A stretch of DNA of 64,000 bases from NCBI RefSeq assembly GCF_004010195.1, contig NC_057718.1:64423637-64487636 (forward strand), written 5' to 3'. The position numbers and the translations under genes were made by a program. Numbering within the stretch: the first letter of the stretch is position 1; every line of letters starts with the position of its first letter. This document shows, piece by piece, positions 63,063 to 64,000 of the stretch. The notes below the pieces were generated by a model. It made no database searches. It worked only from the letters and a program-made list of their open reading frames with translations, and was not told where the DNA came from. This DNA comes from Chiloscyllium plagiosum (taxonomy: Eukaryota).

Positions 63063-63735
63063 ATTAGTACGCTTTCAATGCCACTGCATCAAGGCACTCC
63101 CTATCTAATAGCAGTGTGGACATACCTTTGTCACACACTGCAATGGTTTTTTAAGGTACCTGCTGTGAAACTGTCCTGGCGAAGGACAGTAAATGCTAAC
63201 AATGACGACTTCCTGTAAAGCAATAAAAGAAAAGAAATAACATGGAACAAAGCTGCCTGCTTGTTTTCTTTTCCTTTAGGGTTTTCTCACAGCTACATTG
63301 CAATGGCTTAAACTAAGCATCTCTGCCAATTGTGGATAGTTTGTAAGATTTTCAACCTCTGAAGACAGAGGTTAGATAAGACTACTATTCAATGATGATT
63401 TAAATTGTGTAATTGAGTTTTTGAATCAACCTGGCATTTGGAGATAACCACTAACCTAAGCAAACAAAAGAAAAACAGTCATGCTAAACTGTCATAGCCG
63501 AAAATAACTAAACAGGAGGTTAAAAATACCAAATTGAATATGAGAATTAAACCAAGATCAGTAGATGAAATCAAGCTAAATATTCTAGATAGTCATTCAC
63601 AGTGCACATTCAAACCAGGATATCAAAAGCCACATTAGAAAGGATAATATGGGAATAAAAGATAATCTGTTTGGGACCAAGTGACCTTAAGTTAAAGGTA
63701 AAGCTGTGTATTAAGTTCATTTGCCTTAGTTTCAG

Positions 63736-63906
63736 CTAAAAATCACACAACACCAGGTTATAGTCCAACAGGTTTATCTGGAAACACTAACTTTCAGAGC
63801 GCTGCTGACGAAGGAGCATCAACAGATAAACCTGTTGGACTGTAACCTAGTGTTGTGTGATTTTTAACTTTGTCCACCCGAGTCGAACATCAGCTCCTCC
63901 ACATCA
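63736..63906. mobile_element. Short fold-back family B element
   Basis: aaaaatcacacaacaccaggttatagtccaacaggtttatctg and its reverse complement cagataaacctgttggactgtaacctagtgttgtgtgattttt. Confidence 0.8.
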
Positions 63907-63947
63907 TGTGTTAGCTTCAATTTACCTTTTTAGTACTTGCTGCTAAA

Positions 63948-64000
63948 ATCATAGAAGATAGAACATAGAACAATACAGCACAGAACAGGCCCTTCGGCCC
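63948..64000 (-). mobile_element. CR1 3' end running off the window
   Basis: (ATAGAAC)n tail + cagcacagaacaggcccttcggccc. Confidence 0.8.

Noticed and set aside
63280..63345. Strong acceptor ttttcctttag as the next host exon
   Set aside because: The phase-0 frame hits TAG before the best donor (gtaaga); unsupported.

Overview
Eukaryotic, repeat-dominated vertebrate DNA with four N-gaps. The repeat set (HE1/V-type tRNA-derived SINE with (TAATC)n tail, CR1 LINEs with an esterase ORF1, abundant Penelope-like elements) points to a cartilaginous fish, probably a shark; this is inferred, not proven. The window looks like large introns of a + strand gene: two clean, phase-compatible small exons (25371-25450, 50897-50959) plus a weaker candidate start exon (15143-15188). 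I cannot name the gene. Most other sequence is decayed transposons: many CR1 fragments including one near full-length copy, a near full-length L1, a two-LTR Gypsy element with several nested insertions, Harbinger transposase and Myb/SANT relics, solo LTRs and SINEs. The most notable signal is more than 15 minimal hammerhead-ribozyme motifs (CTGANGA-A-stem II-GAAA-CG/GC-TH) in two Penelope-like families, with compensatory base changes. Many sit in ~90-190 bp insertions with 11-15 bp target duplications or in fold-back structures. Several templated or inverted micro-rearrangements are also visible. No prokaryotic genes, CRISPR arrays, rRNA or true tRNA genes were found. All repeat boundaries were read by eye and are approximate.
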